A stretch of DNA of 64,000 nt from Candidatus Azobacteroides sp. (GCA_009787405.1 WRGA01000121.1:2709-66708); one strand, 5' to 3'. Shown: positions 30,251-39,376, numbered from the stretch's first letter. Made by a program: numbers and translations. Notes: a model not told the origin generated them from the sequence alone.

Positions 30251-30892
30251 TTATTCCCGATTATTGGGGCGACTAATTATCGTTCCATTGAGCAGAGTTA
30301 CATTATCGGGTAACATAGATTGATTAAAACGAGCTTTATAATCGGAAAGTTTTCGTTCTCCATCGCAAGAATTAGATAAACTAACGGAATGCCTTAAAGG
30401 TGGAAAGTAAACAAATATTTTATGTGCCGGATTTATTTCCCGTATTAATTCAACGGCAGTTATTATATCACTATCAGCCGAAACAATAATAATTATATCA
30501 CATCTATTTTTATATACATCGTTAATTATTTGTGTAGCTATGCGTACATCCGTTTCTTTTTCCTCATAAGAATGTATAGTATTTTTACAATAATTACATA
30601 GAATATCTTTTTTTAAATACTTGCCTAACACTAATCGAAATTTAGGGTTTAATTTATTGGCACTAAAAAATAAATCCTGCCTTTTTGAAGCGGCATCATC
30701 ATGAAGACGAGCAGAATAATAATTAACTTCTATTAATTCTTGTTTATCATTCAACATTTTTTCAAAAAATGCCACTATATCAAGCCAATAGAATTTTTTC
30801 CATTTGTTATCTTTTGAAGATATTGACTTTAACCCATAATAGAAGTTAAAGCCATCAACATAAACAATTACTTTCTGTTTTTCCATCATCAA
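30251..30892 (-). CDS. NYN/LabA-like (PIN-like) domain protein, putative RNase
   Basis: 213 aa with NYN-type acidic blocks VIVYVDGFNFYY, EKETDVRIATQII and IIIVSADSDI. It is a monocistronic gene with much lower G+C than its neighbours: hand counts of 60-nt lines gave 27%, 27% and 37%, against 43% in a line of the adjacent GH43. Confidence 0.75.
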   Translation of the reverse strand: MMMEKQKVIVYVDGFNFYYGLKSISSKDNKWKKFYWLDIVAFFEKMLNDKQELIEVNYYSARLHDDAASKRQDLFFSANKLNPKFRLVLGKYLKKDILCNYCKNTIHSYEEKETDVRIATQIINDVYKNRCDIIIIVSADSDIITAVELIREINPAHKIFVYFPPLRHSVSLSNSCDGERKLSDYKARFNQSMLPDNVTLLNGTIISRPNNRE

Positions 30893-30983
30893 ACATAATT
30901 AAAAAAGAAAAACCACCAAGAATGGTGGTTAGGATCTTGGCATTTCTCATCCAAGAGGGGCGTGTATTATTTCTAATACTTTG

Positions 30984-30991
30984 CAAATGTA
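30984..30991 (-). promoter_or_regulatory. -7 box TACATTTG upstream of the NYN gene
   Basis: TAnnTTTG match about 92 nt upstream of the ATG at 30892. Confidence 0.4.
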
Positions 30992-31427
30992 AGGTATTTA
31001 TTTTCAAAATGCAAATTTGAAATAATAAAAATCACTATTGACCGACTAAAATCTGAGACGTTGAAAAAGAGGTTGTAAATTTTTAAAGCCGTCAACGTAC
31101 CGTAAGTGTGAAATTCGGATAACCCCATAACTGTCAGAGTCTGTTATGAATAACCCAATCGCTACTCTTCCCCGGTTGCCGTGTGATTATATCGCGTGGT
31201 AATGTGAAGATTGTGATTATAAGATACCACACGATACAACCGTATGGCAACAACAGGTATCCAAGGAAAATTCATTGTAAAAAAAATTATCACTGATTGT
31301 AAAAAAAGTTTACAGTTTTTGATTTTTGTGATTTTATTATCTGCTGATTATCAACTGTATGTGTTTTTGGCATCATTTTCGCATCGTTGTTTGTGTTGAA
31401 ACAAACAGACATAATTACAAAACGATC

Positions 31428-33773
31428 ATGAACACGTTATTTACTAACTTCTTACATGTATTGAAGCACTTTAAGACTTCGTCCTTTATCAACATATTGG
31501 GGCTGTCGGCCGCGTTAATGGTATTCTTTGTGGTACTGATGCAAGTGCATTACGATTTCACTTTCGACAAAGGATATCGAAATGCCAAGAATATCGTGCA
31601 ATTCAACAGATATGATTTCGACGATGGCTATGCAGGTACAAATATCAATTTTAAACTTCCGGCATTAATCGGCAGCCGTCTTCCCGAAGTGGAAGCATAT
31701 TGCATGTCTGCTTATTATTGGGGAGAAAACCAAATGTTCGATATAGACAAAGGAAACACGATAACGGAAACATACGAAATCCCCTATTTACAAACAACGC
31801 AAGGTTTTTGGAAGGTCTTTACTCCGGAAATTATTCTGGGCGATACGACCGGCATCTTCTCTTCGCCCGGGTTCGCCATGCTTTCGGAAAAAACGGCGCA
31901 ACGCTTGTTCGGCAACGAAAATCCCATAGGGAAAGTGATTCGTTCCCATTACGGGACAGACCTATTGACCATTCAAGCCGTGTATCGTGATTTTCCCGAT
32001 AATACTTCACTCAAAAACGGATTATATACTTACCTGCCGGAAAGCCCTGAAACAGAAAATAGTTTTAATGCTTATTTTTTGATTCGTCCCGGAAGCCTGA
32101 AGGATATTAATCAAAAGTTAAATACAGTGGAAGTATTAGGAGAAGATCGTATGAAACGTCGGGAAGAACATCCGGAATTCCGGTTTCAATATCGTTTGTC
32201 GTCCATGAATGACTTGTATTTATACAATAAAATCAATGGAAGTAAACGCATCAATACCACCCTATCGTTATTAGCCATAGGAGTCCTTACACTGTTGATT
32301 GCCTTTGTCAATTTTGTCAACCTTTCATTGGCGATGGCTCCTTCGCGCATCCGAGGCATTAATATCCGTAAGATATTAGGCATCGACAAAACTACGCTTC
32401 GGTTTGCTATAGCCATGGAAAGCGTCTTGTTTACAGCACTTGCTTTGATTGTCGCTTTTGTCGGAATTTATTTACTGAAAGAAAGCGTTTTCGCACAGGA
32501 ACTGTTTCCGATTATCGACATTTCCTTGAGATCTTATGTCGGACTTTTGGCTGCGGCATCGGTTGTCGTTTTGCTTTTGGCTTTTGTACTCGGACTTTAT
32601 GCCATGCGTTACAGCACTTCGGTGAATGAATCGGAGGCTTTGAAAGGCTCGTTTGCTCTTGGGGTCAAAGGCGTTAAATTGCGTAATATTTTGATTGTCA
32701 TTCAATTTACTACCGCTTTTGTTTTGATATGCGTTTCCATATTTATCAAAAAACAGAACGATTACATGCAGAACTACGATTGGGGCATTCCGAAAAAGGA
32801 TATCATTTTTCTTCCATCGGCAGGATTGGGTGAAAGCGTTCAAACGTTCGGACAGGAACTTTTGCGGGATTCACGCATTACCGATTATTGCGTCACCGGC
32901 GCTTTACCCGGGCGATTAAAAATGAGTTGGGGATTCAGCAATTTTGAAGGAAAAGCGGTTGAGTTTAATGTTTGGTCGGTAGACGACCGCTTCTTCGACT
33001 TTTTCAATATCAAAATTATAGCCGGACGAAAACCGGAACGCATGGATTCCATTGTTTCCCAAATGGTGGTCAACGAAGCTTTTTTGAAAAAATACGAATT
33101 TGATGAAAGTATTGTAGGGAAAGATTTCAATACTTTCGGGCCGGGACGCATACAGGCGGTAGCCCAAAACATCAATTACGCATCGTTGCACGATTCGATT
33201 ACTCCGATGGCTTTCGGCGTATTAGCGAAATGGCAAAATTTCCAATACGTATTGGTTAAACTTAATGGAACCGAAATTCCAAACGCTATCAAATCCATTG
33301 AACAAACTTGGAATAAATTCAGTAAAGATCCTTTCGATGCTCATTTTCTGGATGAGGAAATGGACAAACTGTATCAGAAAGAGAGCAATATGGCAAAACT
33401 GATCGGCTTGTTCGGGTTCATTATCGTCATCATCGCCGTAATGGGCGTTTACGGATTGATAGTGTTCAATGTCCGTTACAAAGCCAAGGAAATCGCCATC
33501 CGTAAAGTCAACGGCTCCACCGTTCGGGAAATCATCCTGATGTTGAACCGGAATATGTTGATACAACTCGGCATTGCCTATCTGATCGCCGTTCCGGCAG
33601 CATGGTTCATTACAAAGAAGTGGTTGGAAAATTTTGCCTATAAAATTCCTGTTTATTGGTGGGTATTCCTTTTGGGCGGATTGATTGTTTTGCTGATCAC
33701 TTTACTTACGGTAAGTATGCAAAGCTATCGGGCAGCGGTCAGAAATCCGACAAAAGCATTAAATTTGGAATGA
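31428..33773 (+). CDS. FtsX/MacB-type ABC transporter permease (double FtsX domain) with no adjacent ATPase
   Basis: The track ORF starts at 31359. The ATG at 31428 (MNTLFTNFLHVLKHFKTSSFINILGLSAALMVFF) matches the usual N-terminus and first TM of this family. There are two TM clusters, each followed by a large extracytoplasmic domain. Confidence 0.8.
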   Translation: MNTLFTNFLHVLKHFKTSSFINILGLSAALMVFFVVLMQVHYDFTFDKGYRNAKNIVQFNRYDFDDGYAGTNINFKLPALIGSRLPEVEAYCMSAYYWGENQMFDIDKGNTITETYEIPYLQTTQGFWKVFTPEIILGDTTGIFSSPGFAMLSEKTAQRLFGNENPIGKVIRSHYGTDLLTIQAVYRDFPDNTSLKNGLYTYLPESPETENSFNAYFLIRPGSLKDINQKLNTVEVLGEDRMKRREEHPEFRFQYRLSSMNDLYLYNKINGSKRINTTLSLLAIGVLTLLIAFVNFVNLSLAMAPSRIRGINIRKILGIDKTTLRFAIAMESVLFTALALIVAFVGIYLLKESVFAQELFPIIDISLRSYVGLLAAASVVVLLLAFVLGLYAMRYSTSVNESEALKGSFALGVKGVKLRNILIVIQFTTAFVLICVSIFIKKQNDYMQNYDWGIPKKDIIFLPSAGLGESVQTFGQELLRDSRITDYCVTGALPGRLKMSWGFSNFEGKAVEFNVWSVDDRFFDFFNIKIIAGRKPERMDSIVSQMVVNEAFLKKYEFDESIVGKDFNTFGPGRIQAVAQNINYASLHDSITPMAFGVLAKWQNFQYVLVKLNGTEIPNAIKSIEQTWNKFSKDPFDAHFLDEEMDKLYQKESNMAKLIGLFGFIIVIIAVMGVYGLIVFNVRYKAKEIAIRKVNGSTVREIILMLNRNMLIQLGIAYLIAVPAAWFITKKWLENFAYKIPVYWWVFLLGGLIVLLITLLTVSMQSYRAAVRNPTKALNLE

Positions 33774-33855
33774 TTCATTGCGATTGAATCAAGCACTTTT
33801 TGACACATCGGATTGCACACATTTGAAAAAAATTTTTCTTTTACGAAAAAAGGCG

Positions 33856-33863
33856 TATATTTG
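33856..33863 (+). promoter_or_regulatory. -7 box TATATTTG upstream of the antitoxin-PIN pair
   Basis: TAnnTTTG match 36 nt upstream of the ATG at 33899. Confidence 0.55.
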
Positions 33864-33898
33864 TACAACATTATCTAAAACAATGATGATACAAAACA

Positions 33899-34081
33899 AT
33901 GGCGGCAAAAGAAACAAAAAAAAGGAAAAGAACGCCGAAGGCATACTATTACCCGAATGGCATTAAAACGGAATTTGTTTACGAAAGAAAATCCGACAAG
34001 TTATCTGCATACGGTTTATGGAGAAAAGAGCATCCGGATGGCATAGGAGAAATATTAGATATGAGGGCTGCAATGAAATGA
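33899..34081 (+). CDS. Putative antitoxin partner of the downstream PIN toxin
   Basis: 60-aa basic ORF ending 7 nt before the PIN gene, preceded by a TATATTTG -7 box. I recognise no family, so the call rests on position only. Confidence 0.45.
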   Translation: MAAKETKKRKRTPKAYYYPNGIKTEFVYERKSDKLSAYGLWRKEHPDGIGEILDMRAAMK

Positions 34082-34088
34082 AAGCTCT

Positions 34089-34499
34089 ATGGCTCGTTAT
34101 CTTTTAGACACAAATATTGTGTTGTTTTCGTTATTTTCTCCTAATGAATTAGAGCGAAGAGTAGACGAATTATTGGGCGATTATGGTAATTTGCTATATA
34201 TCAGTACGATTTCCATACAAGAAATAATCTATTTATACAAAAGAAATAAAATCAAGACCAAATGGGAAAAACCGGAAGATATTTTACCAAGCATCGAAAT
34301 GAATTTTGAAATTCTTCCGGTGAAAAAAGAGCATCTTGCAACGTATTCCGGATTATCTATAGTGAGCGATCATAATGATCCGTATGACCATGTGATTATT
34401 TCCCAAGCAATAACAGAAAAGATTACGCTTATCAGTTCCGACCAAAAATTTGAATATTATACGAACCAAAAATTAAATTTCATTTTCAACAGCCGCTGA
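34089..34499 (+). CDS. PIN-domain toxin (VapC-like) of a type II toxin-antitoxin pair
   Basis: 136 aa with the PIN acidic quartet context LLDTNIV, SIQEI, DPYDHVIISQA and LISSDQKF. Confidence 0.8.
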   Translation: MARYLLDTNIVLFSLFSPNELERRVDELLGDYGNLLYISTISIQEIIYLYKRNKIKTKWEKPEDILPSIEMNFEILPVKKEHLATYSGLSIVSDHNDPYDHVIISQAITEKITLISSDQKFEYYTNQKLNFIFNSR

Positions 34500-34520
34500 T
34501 TTTTGCAAAACATATTTCAA

Positions 34521-34565
34521 AGCGTGTAATCCAATAAAATAAAACGGATTGCACGCTTCTTTTTA
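34521..34565 (+). terminator. Rho-independent terminator of the antitoxin-PIN operon
   Basis: A 12-bp stem joins AGCGTGTAATCC and GGATTGCACGCT, with one U-G wobble only on the + strand. It is followed by TCTTTTTAT. Confidence 0.7.
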
Positions 34566-34602
34566 TGTAAAAATTTTTCATCATTAATTAATCTTACAAT
34601 AA

Positions 34603-35496
34603 TCACGCCTTTATGTTCAAATGATCGAGAACCGCCCGAATTTTTTCGAAGGTCGTGATTCGGGTGGGAACAAGCGGCAAACGAAGTTTATTTTCGCAAT
34701 ATCCCATGGCATGAAGCATACATTTTACGCCGGCAGGATTACCGTCGACAAATAATAATTCGAATAACTCGGTAAAATCATGATGGATGCGAAGCGCATT
34801 TTCCCAGTCGCCCGATAGAGCCAACCGCACCATACGGCTGAATTCTTTCGGAAAAGCATTTCCGATGACGGAAATTACACCCACCGCCCCCAAAGCGATC
34901 AACGGATAAGTGATCCCGTCATCACCCGAAATAACCATAAAATCATTCGGTTTGTTTTTAATAATATCGTCCATTTGCACAATATTACCCGAAGCTTCTT
35001 TAATTCCCGCGATATTTTTAAAATCACGCGCCAATCGTAAGGTGGTATCGGCGGTCATATTGACGCCGGTTCTTCCCGGAACGTTATATAACAGAATCGG
35101 CAAATCGGTGGCTTCGGCAATGGCTTGAAAATGCCGGTACATCCCTTCTTGAGAAGGTTTATTGTAATACGGAACAACCGAAAGAACAGCATCTACACCT
35201 GTAAAATCCTTGGTTTTCAAATCATTTACGACAGCGTGGGTATTATTTCCGCCGACACCCAATACGATGGGAAGTTTTCCTTGTACTTTGTTGATGATAA
35301 AATCGGCGACCTCTTTCTTTTCATTGTCGGTAAGCACAGGAGTTTCTGCGGTCGTACCTAAAACGACCAAATAATCCGTACCGTTTTGAAGCTGAAGATC
35401 CACCAGTTTACCAAGCGCTCCGAAATCAATACGGTCATCTTCTTTAAAAGGAGTAACCAACGCCACTCCCATTCCTTTCAAATTTACATTTATCAT
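34603..35496 (-). CDS. dapA: 4-hydroxy-tetrahydrodipicolinate synthase
   Basis: 297 aa with GVALVTPF, VLGTTAETP, LYNVPGRTG and the Schiff-base Lys context AGIKEASG. Confidence 0.92.
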   Translation of the reverse strand: MINVNLKGMGVALVTPFKEDDRIDFGALGKLVDLQLQNGTDYLVVLGTTAETPVLTDNEKKEVADFIINKVQGKLPIVLGVGGNNTHAVVNDLKTKDFTGVDAVLSVVPYYNKPSQEGMYRHFQAIAEATDLPILLYNVPGRTGVNMTADTTLRLARDFKNIAGIKEASGNIVQMDDIIKNKPNDFMVISGDDGITYPLIALGAVGVISVIGNAFPKEFSRMVRLALSGDWENALRIHHDFTELFELLFVDGNPAGVKCMLHAMGYCENKLRLPLVPTRITTFEKIRAVLDHLNIKA

Positions 35497-35536
35497 AACA
35501 ATAAATACAAGAATCGTCTTTATTTTACATCAGACG

Positions 35537-35544
35537 CAAAGATA
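35537..35544 (-). promoter_or_regulatory. -7 box TATCTTTG upstream of dapA
   Basis: TAnnTTTG match 41 nt upstream of the ATG at 35496. Confidence 0.55.
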
Positions 35545-35606
35545 CAAAAAACTCTTTTTATATCGAAACGGAGTAAAGTTTTTGGTGCACGGTACGCAAT
35601 ACACGG

Positions 35607-36101
35607 TTAAAAACTCAGATGATGTTTTTCGCCGAATATTTTTCCGGTCATTTGATCGATTTTCATCACCCAAATTTGAACATTCTTCACCGAAGGCAGG
35701 GAATACGTAAATGTTTTTTCGGAATATTGGGACATGATGATATTCAGCGCTTCCGTTTTTTTGTCGACGTCCTTTTCAAAAACAATCTCCCCCCGGCATA
35801 TCACGCTTTCGGATTTCATGCGGTAACTGCAAGCCACCTGCTCGTGTTGATAGGCCAAACTCGCAGACGAACAAAATGTAATGCAGGCTTTGGGATTTTT
35901 GTTGATCATTTCGACATGACGACCTTCGGGAGCCGAATGCAAATAAATCGTTCCGTCTTTATACCCGAAATTCATCGGAATAACATACGGGATACTCCCT
36001 TCATCAACCAACCCGACGTAACACACCTTACATTTTTTAATGATGGACTCCATCCGTGCGGAATCGCTTATGGAATACGTTTTCATAAATCCGGCATTCA
36101 A
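35607..36101 (-). CDS. Pyridoxamine-5'-phosphate-oxidase-like FMN-binding split-barrel protein (Nim-like size class)
   Basis: 164 aa with the block SIPYVIPMNFGYKDGTIYLHSAPEGRHVEMI, typical of the Pyridox_ox_2/NimA-like family. It overlaps the upstream gene by 4 nt. Confidence 0.65.
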   Translation of the reverse strand: MNAGFMKTYSISDSARMESIIKKCKVCYVGLVDEGSIPYVIPMNFGYKDGTIYLHSAPEGRHVEMINKNPKACITFCSSASLAYQHEQVACSYRMKSESVICRGEIVFEKDVDKKTEALNIIMSQYSEKTFTYSLPSVKNVQIWVMKIDQMTGKIFGEKHHLSF

Positions 36102-37249
36102 AAATCATACGGAAAGCCGGCCCGTTTATACTTTCTCAAATCCGAAAAAGGAACTAAAAATCCGGTTTCGCAATTTCGTGCGGCACGGTAAAAAATCGGC
36201 GTAAACACAATTCCTTCTTCGGTAAAGTGCCAACTCGGAAAATCCCAATATTCCAACTCGGTATAATCGCAATCATCCTCTTCCGGATCGGGCTTTTCAA
36301 ATTTTTCGATCTGATTGACCAATTTAAAAACTCCGGGTCCAAAATAATTGCTCCGGTATTCGCTGAACGCCGAAAAACCGCCTTGAGATTCGGTCGTGAC
36401 ACTTTGATCGAAAGCCAGCACTTCATCGATTTCATATTCTTTACCATTGTTCAGATCCAGCAAATAACCGACTTCGCCGAAATCGGGATGAGCGCCTCCG
36501 CAAAACCAGGACGAAAAAACGGAAAATCCCAATAAATTATCGGTCAAATATTCGATTCGAATGGTATATTCAATACTATTTCCTTCATTGTAATACCATT
36601 GTGCCGAGCACGACAATTGGGAAATGGCATTATACAAATGAATTTCATCTAATTTCGGATTCACCGCCTGCAATGTTTCAGTCGAAAATCCGTTTCCCAA
36701 CCGGAAAAAAGGAGCGTTACAATGCGATTCCTTAAACCAAACGAACGATTTTCCTTTATAATCGGCAACCGAATCCCCGACGAAAGAAATCAACCCCGAC
36801 CGAATGTAATTAAAAGCATCTTCCTGTTTTAAATTTTTGATAAAATCCAACTGTCCGTATGGATGATGATCTATATCTTGTACGGAAGTCGGAACAAGCG
36901 ATACCGAAAGTCGTTTTCCGTTCGCACTGTTCCATGTTCCTTTAAATTCTCCGGCGGCATTTTTACTCAGCACAAACTTCTCGTCATACCCGTTTTCCGA
37001 TTTATTGACGTACAGCACATACTTACCGCCTTCCCGATTTCCTCTCATCACAATATCTTTCAACGAAGAAACATAAAAATACAAGGCATCAAGCGTTTCG
37101 TCATCATCCACATTTCCCGAAGAATAATCATTCACAGACATGTAAATATCGGAATTACCGATTTTACCTTTCAACAGGTAATTTTCAACGGAAAACAACG
37201 ATCCGTGACACCAAAACAATACAATCAAAACAAATACAATTTTTTTCAT
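36098..37249 (-). CDS. Secreted hypothetical protein with a DUF3298/RsiV-like C-terminal region
   Basis: 383 aa with a signal peptide. The block FSSWFCGGAHPDFG resembles the GGAH motif of DUF3298 domains. The assignment is tentative. Confidence 0.4.
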   Translation of the reverse strand: MKKIVFVLIVLFWCHGSLFSVENYLLKGKIGNSDIYMSVNDYSSGNVDDDETLDALYFYVSSLKDIVMRGNREGGKYVLYVNKSENGYDEKFVLSKNAAGEFKGTWNSANGKRLSVSLVPTSVQDIDHHPYGQLDFIKNLKQEDAFNYIRSGLISFVGDSVADYKGKSFVWFKESHCNAPFFRLGNGFSTETLQAVNPKLDEIHLYNAISQLSCSAQWYYNEGNSIEYTIRIEYLTDNLLGFSVFSSWFCGGAHPDFGEVGYLLDLNNGKEYEIDEVLAFDQSVTTESQGGFSAFSEYRSNYFGPGVFKLVNQIEKFEKPDPEEDDCDYTELEYWDFPSWHFTEEGIVFTPIFYRAARNCETGFLVPFSDLRKYKRAGFPYDF

Positions 37250-37290
37250 CTTTTAACTCTTAACTTTTAATTCTTAACTCTTAACTTCTC
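37250..37290 (-). repeat. Heptamer-periodic RARTTAA tract filling the whole GNAT/DUF3298-like spacer
   Basis: The coding strand reads TGA-GAAGTTAA-GAGTTAA-GAATTAA-AAGTTAA-GAGTTAA-AAG-ATG. All 39 nt between the stop and the next start are repeat units. Confidence 0.85.
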
Positions 37291-38359
37291 ATTCCATCAT
37301 CAAGCTCATCACGGCATTTTCGGACGGAAAAATATGGTATTCGGACGGAAGTTCATCAACTCGATATCCCAACAAAAGACGGGTCAATAACCCGACGGAC
37401 AGTTCAAAGTCAGGAACTCCGGCATTTGCTTCAGTACATTTTCCGGAATGCACCCGATACGTTTTATTGTTCCAAGCAAGCTGTTTATCGATGACCTTAA
37501 CGGAGAACTGCAATCGGGGCTGTTTCATCGCATACTGTTCCAGCATTTTTTCCGCATCCACAATACGGGCCATTCCGAGAGGTTGAGCGCCTTCTCCCCC
37601 GCTTTCGGCAACCAAAACAGCGCCAGAAACCCTGTAAGTGTTTGCCACAGACGACAAGAGGCATAACCCGGAAAGTTCATTTTCCGTCAATAAATTTTTA
37701 ATGACGAGACGATTTTCCTCCCTGCGGGTAAAACAAACCCCGGTCAATTGATTTCCATGTCGTGCCATAAATATCTTGCCGTCCGAAAAAAAACAATCCT
37801 CAAAAACAGCTCCCCAGTCTTCGGTTGTTTTCTGAATGGTCAAATCCTTTTTTCCAAAAATCCGGTTACAAAAGTTCGCCACCGCCGGAACATCCTTCAT
37901 CTCCGCTTCTTTTACGACACAACCACCCTCACGCATATTCTCCGGCAATTCGATGATTTGTTCTTTCGTATCGAACATTGCGGTATATCCGAATTTTTCA
38001 TAAAACCCGACCACCCCGTTTCCCTGCGGGATAAGAATTGTCAACGGAATCTGATGCTTTTTCATTTCGGTAAACGCTGCATGCAGCAATTCCTCCATGT
38101 ATCTTTTATTCCGTTCTTCGGGCAACGTGCACGCGCCGGAAATATACGCCGTTTGAATGCGTTTTTTCCCGAATGTCATGTCATACGGAAGCATTTGCAA
38201 CGAGGCAACCGCTTTTTCGTCGACCACCTTCACCAAGGTATTTTCATTACGGTATTTTGTCCGAAAATAAATATCCATAAACTCATCCGAATCCTCAAAG
38301 CAGATTTTCCACATCCGCATGATTTCCGGGAACAATCGATCATCAGCATAAACAACCAT
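37289..38359 (-). CDS. GNAT-family acetyltransferase, Eis-like architecture (GNAT plus a C-terminal SCP2-like domain)
   Basis: 356 aa with the GNAT core ISGACTLPEERNKRYMEELLHAAFTEM...GFYEKFGY. The long C-terminal extension matches the Eis/SCP2 class in length. Confidence 0.6.
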   Translation of the reverse strand: MVVYADDRLFPEIMRMWKICFEDSDEFMDIYFRTKYRNENTLVKVVDEKAVASLQMLPYDMTFGKKRIQTAYISGACTLPEERNKRYMEELLHAAFTEMKKHQIPLTILIPQGNGVVGFYEKFGYTAMFDTKEQIIELPENMREGGCVVKEAEMKDVPAVANFCNRIFGKKDLTIQKTTEDWGAVFEDCFFSDGKIFMARHGNQLTGVCFTRREENRLVIKNLLTENELSGLCLLSSVANTYRVSGAVLVAESGGEGAQPLGMARIVDAEKMLEQYAMKQPRLQFSVKVIDKQLAWNNKTYRVHSGKCTEANAGVPDFELSVGLLTRLLLGYRVDELPSEYHIFPSENAVMSLMME

Positions 38360-38405
38360 ACAAAAGCCTGTAAGTATGTTGTAAAAACCGGTTTATATTT
38401 CAAAC

Positions 38406-38466
38406 GCTAAAGCGCAAAGATACGAAATTTAAATTCTTTGTGACTTTATGTCTTCGCGTTTAAATC
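38406..38466. repeat. Shorter copy of the CAAAG/CTTTG element abutting a heptamer tract; it also carries the -7 box of the GNAT gene
   Basis: The reverse complement reads GATTTAAACGCGAAGACATAAAGTCACAAAGAATTTAAATTTCGTATCTTTGCGCTTTAGC. Confidence 0.6.
38415..38422 (-). promoter_or_regulatory. -7 box TATCTTTG upstream of the GNAT gene
   Basis: TAnnTTTG match 56 nt upstream of the ATG at 38359. Confidence 0.5.
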
Positions 38467-38498
38467 AACTCTTAACTCTTAACTTTTAACTCTTAACC
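38467..38498 (-). repeat. Heptamer-periodic RARTTAA tract overlapping the DUF2156 stop codon
   Basis: The coding strand reads CAG-GTT-AAG-AGT-TAA-AAGTTAA-GAGTTAA-GAGTT. The last codons (VKS) and the TAA stop are themselves repeat units. Confidence 0.85.
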
Positions 38499-39376
38499 TG
38501 AACCAGCCCCTTCTCCAATAAAATTGCAGGATGATAAGACATTTTCGCTTTACGCAACGACTCCAAGTCCAAGTCCTCTTCCCGATTCATATATTTATAG
38601 TTACAGGCGACATGTTCGGCTATTTGTTGATTGATGATGGCATAAACGCCGTTCAACGCTTTTTCGACGTGTACACCGAAAGTATCTTGTCCGATCGCCT
38701 GACCGAAAGAAAAAGCAGTAAGTTTCCCGTCTATTTTAATGACACCTCCTCTCAATTGCAAATCCTCATAGTTGTTCAACGCCGTTCTTACGGCATGCGC
38801 TTCGCTGTGGAGCATGTCACTGTCGGTACAGTCGTTTTCGATGCACCATTGTTTCTGCATTTCCAGACAAGCCGGAATCAATTCTTTTGTAATGGGAACA
38901 AATTCAAAATCGGGATAATCGATTTTGAACCGGTTGATATGATTTCTTTTGCTCTGATATTTTTTCCCGGCCAAATGAATTAAATCTTCGGTCAGATAAA
39001 CATAATCCGAACCTCCACGCATGGGTATAAACTCAAACGTATCCGGCACAGCCTTTTCGAGCAAAGCAAACATGTCGTCCGTAATCGACATCAACCGGAA
39101 CGGAAATCCGTTTTCTTCGGCATCCGCCATCAATATTTCCAGTACTCCGGTCAAATCACCCGTTCCGAGCGGCATGATATAACAAGGCTTTTGATCGTCG
39201 ACAACCACAAAACGAATCACCAAAAAACCGTTTACGATGCCATACGTTGTATGGTAACGCTCTTTCCAGCAGAAAATATTGGAAAAAGAAAAATCACAAT
39301 TCCGATAATCAGACTTTAACAAATAAGAATCAAGCAACGGCTTGTCTTTCAGCTCTACGGTTTTAAATTGTAACAT
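38486..39376 (-). CDS. DUF2156 protein (stand-alone homologue of the MprF aminoacyl-phosphatidylglycerol synthase C-domain)
   Basis: 296 aa. The N-terminus DYRNCDFSFSNIFCWKERYHT and the length are characteristic of free-standing DUF2156/LPG_synthase_C proteins. Confidence 0.6.
   Translation of the reverse strand: MLQFKTVELKDKPLLDSYLLKSDYRNCDFSFSNIFCWKERYHTTYGIVNGFLVIRFVVVDDQKPCYIMPLGTGDLTGVLEILMADAEENGFPFRLMSITDDMFALLEKAVPDTFEFIPMRGGSDYVYLTEDLIHLAGKKYQSKRNHINRFKIDYPDFEFVPITKELIPACLEMQKQWCIENDCTDSDMLHSEAHAVRTALNNYEDLQLRGGVIKIDGKLTAFSFGQAIGQDTFGVHVEKALNGVYAIINQQIAEHVACNYKYMNREEDLDLESLRKAKMSYHPAILLEKGLVQVKS

Noticed and set aside
31244-31399. 51-codon ORF (MATTGIQGKF...) and 18-codon ORF at 31146 in the spacer upstream of the FtsX gene
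   Set aside because: Both are too short and featureless to support. The 51-codon ORF overlaps the track's upstream extension of the permease ORF in a different frame.
33778-33966. 62-aa ORF overlapping the putative antitoxin start
   Set aside because: It begins upstream of the predicted -7 box (33856-33863) and overlaps the better-placed 33899 ORF, which is spaced 7 nt from the PIN gene.
35607-36101. Calling the PNPOx-like protein a nitroimidazole-resistance (Nim) determinant
   Set aside because: Only the fold, size class and one block resemble Nim proteins. This large family has many non-resistance members, and resistance cannot be inferred from sequence inspection alone.
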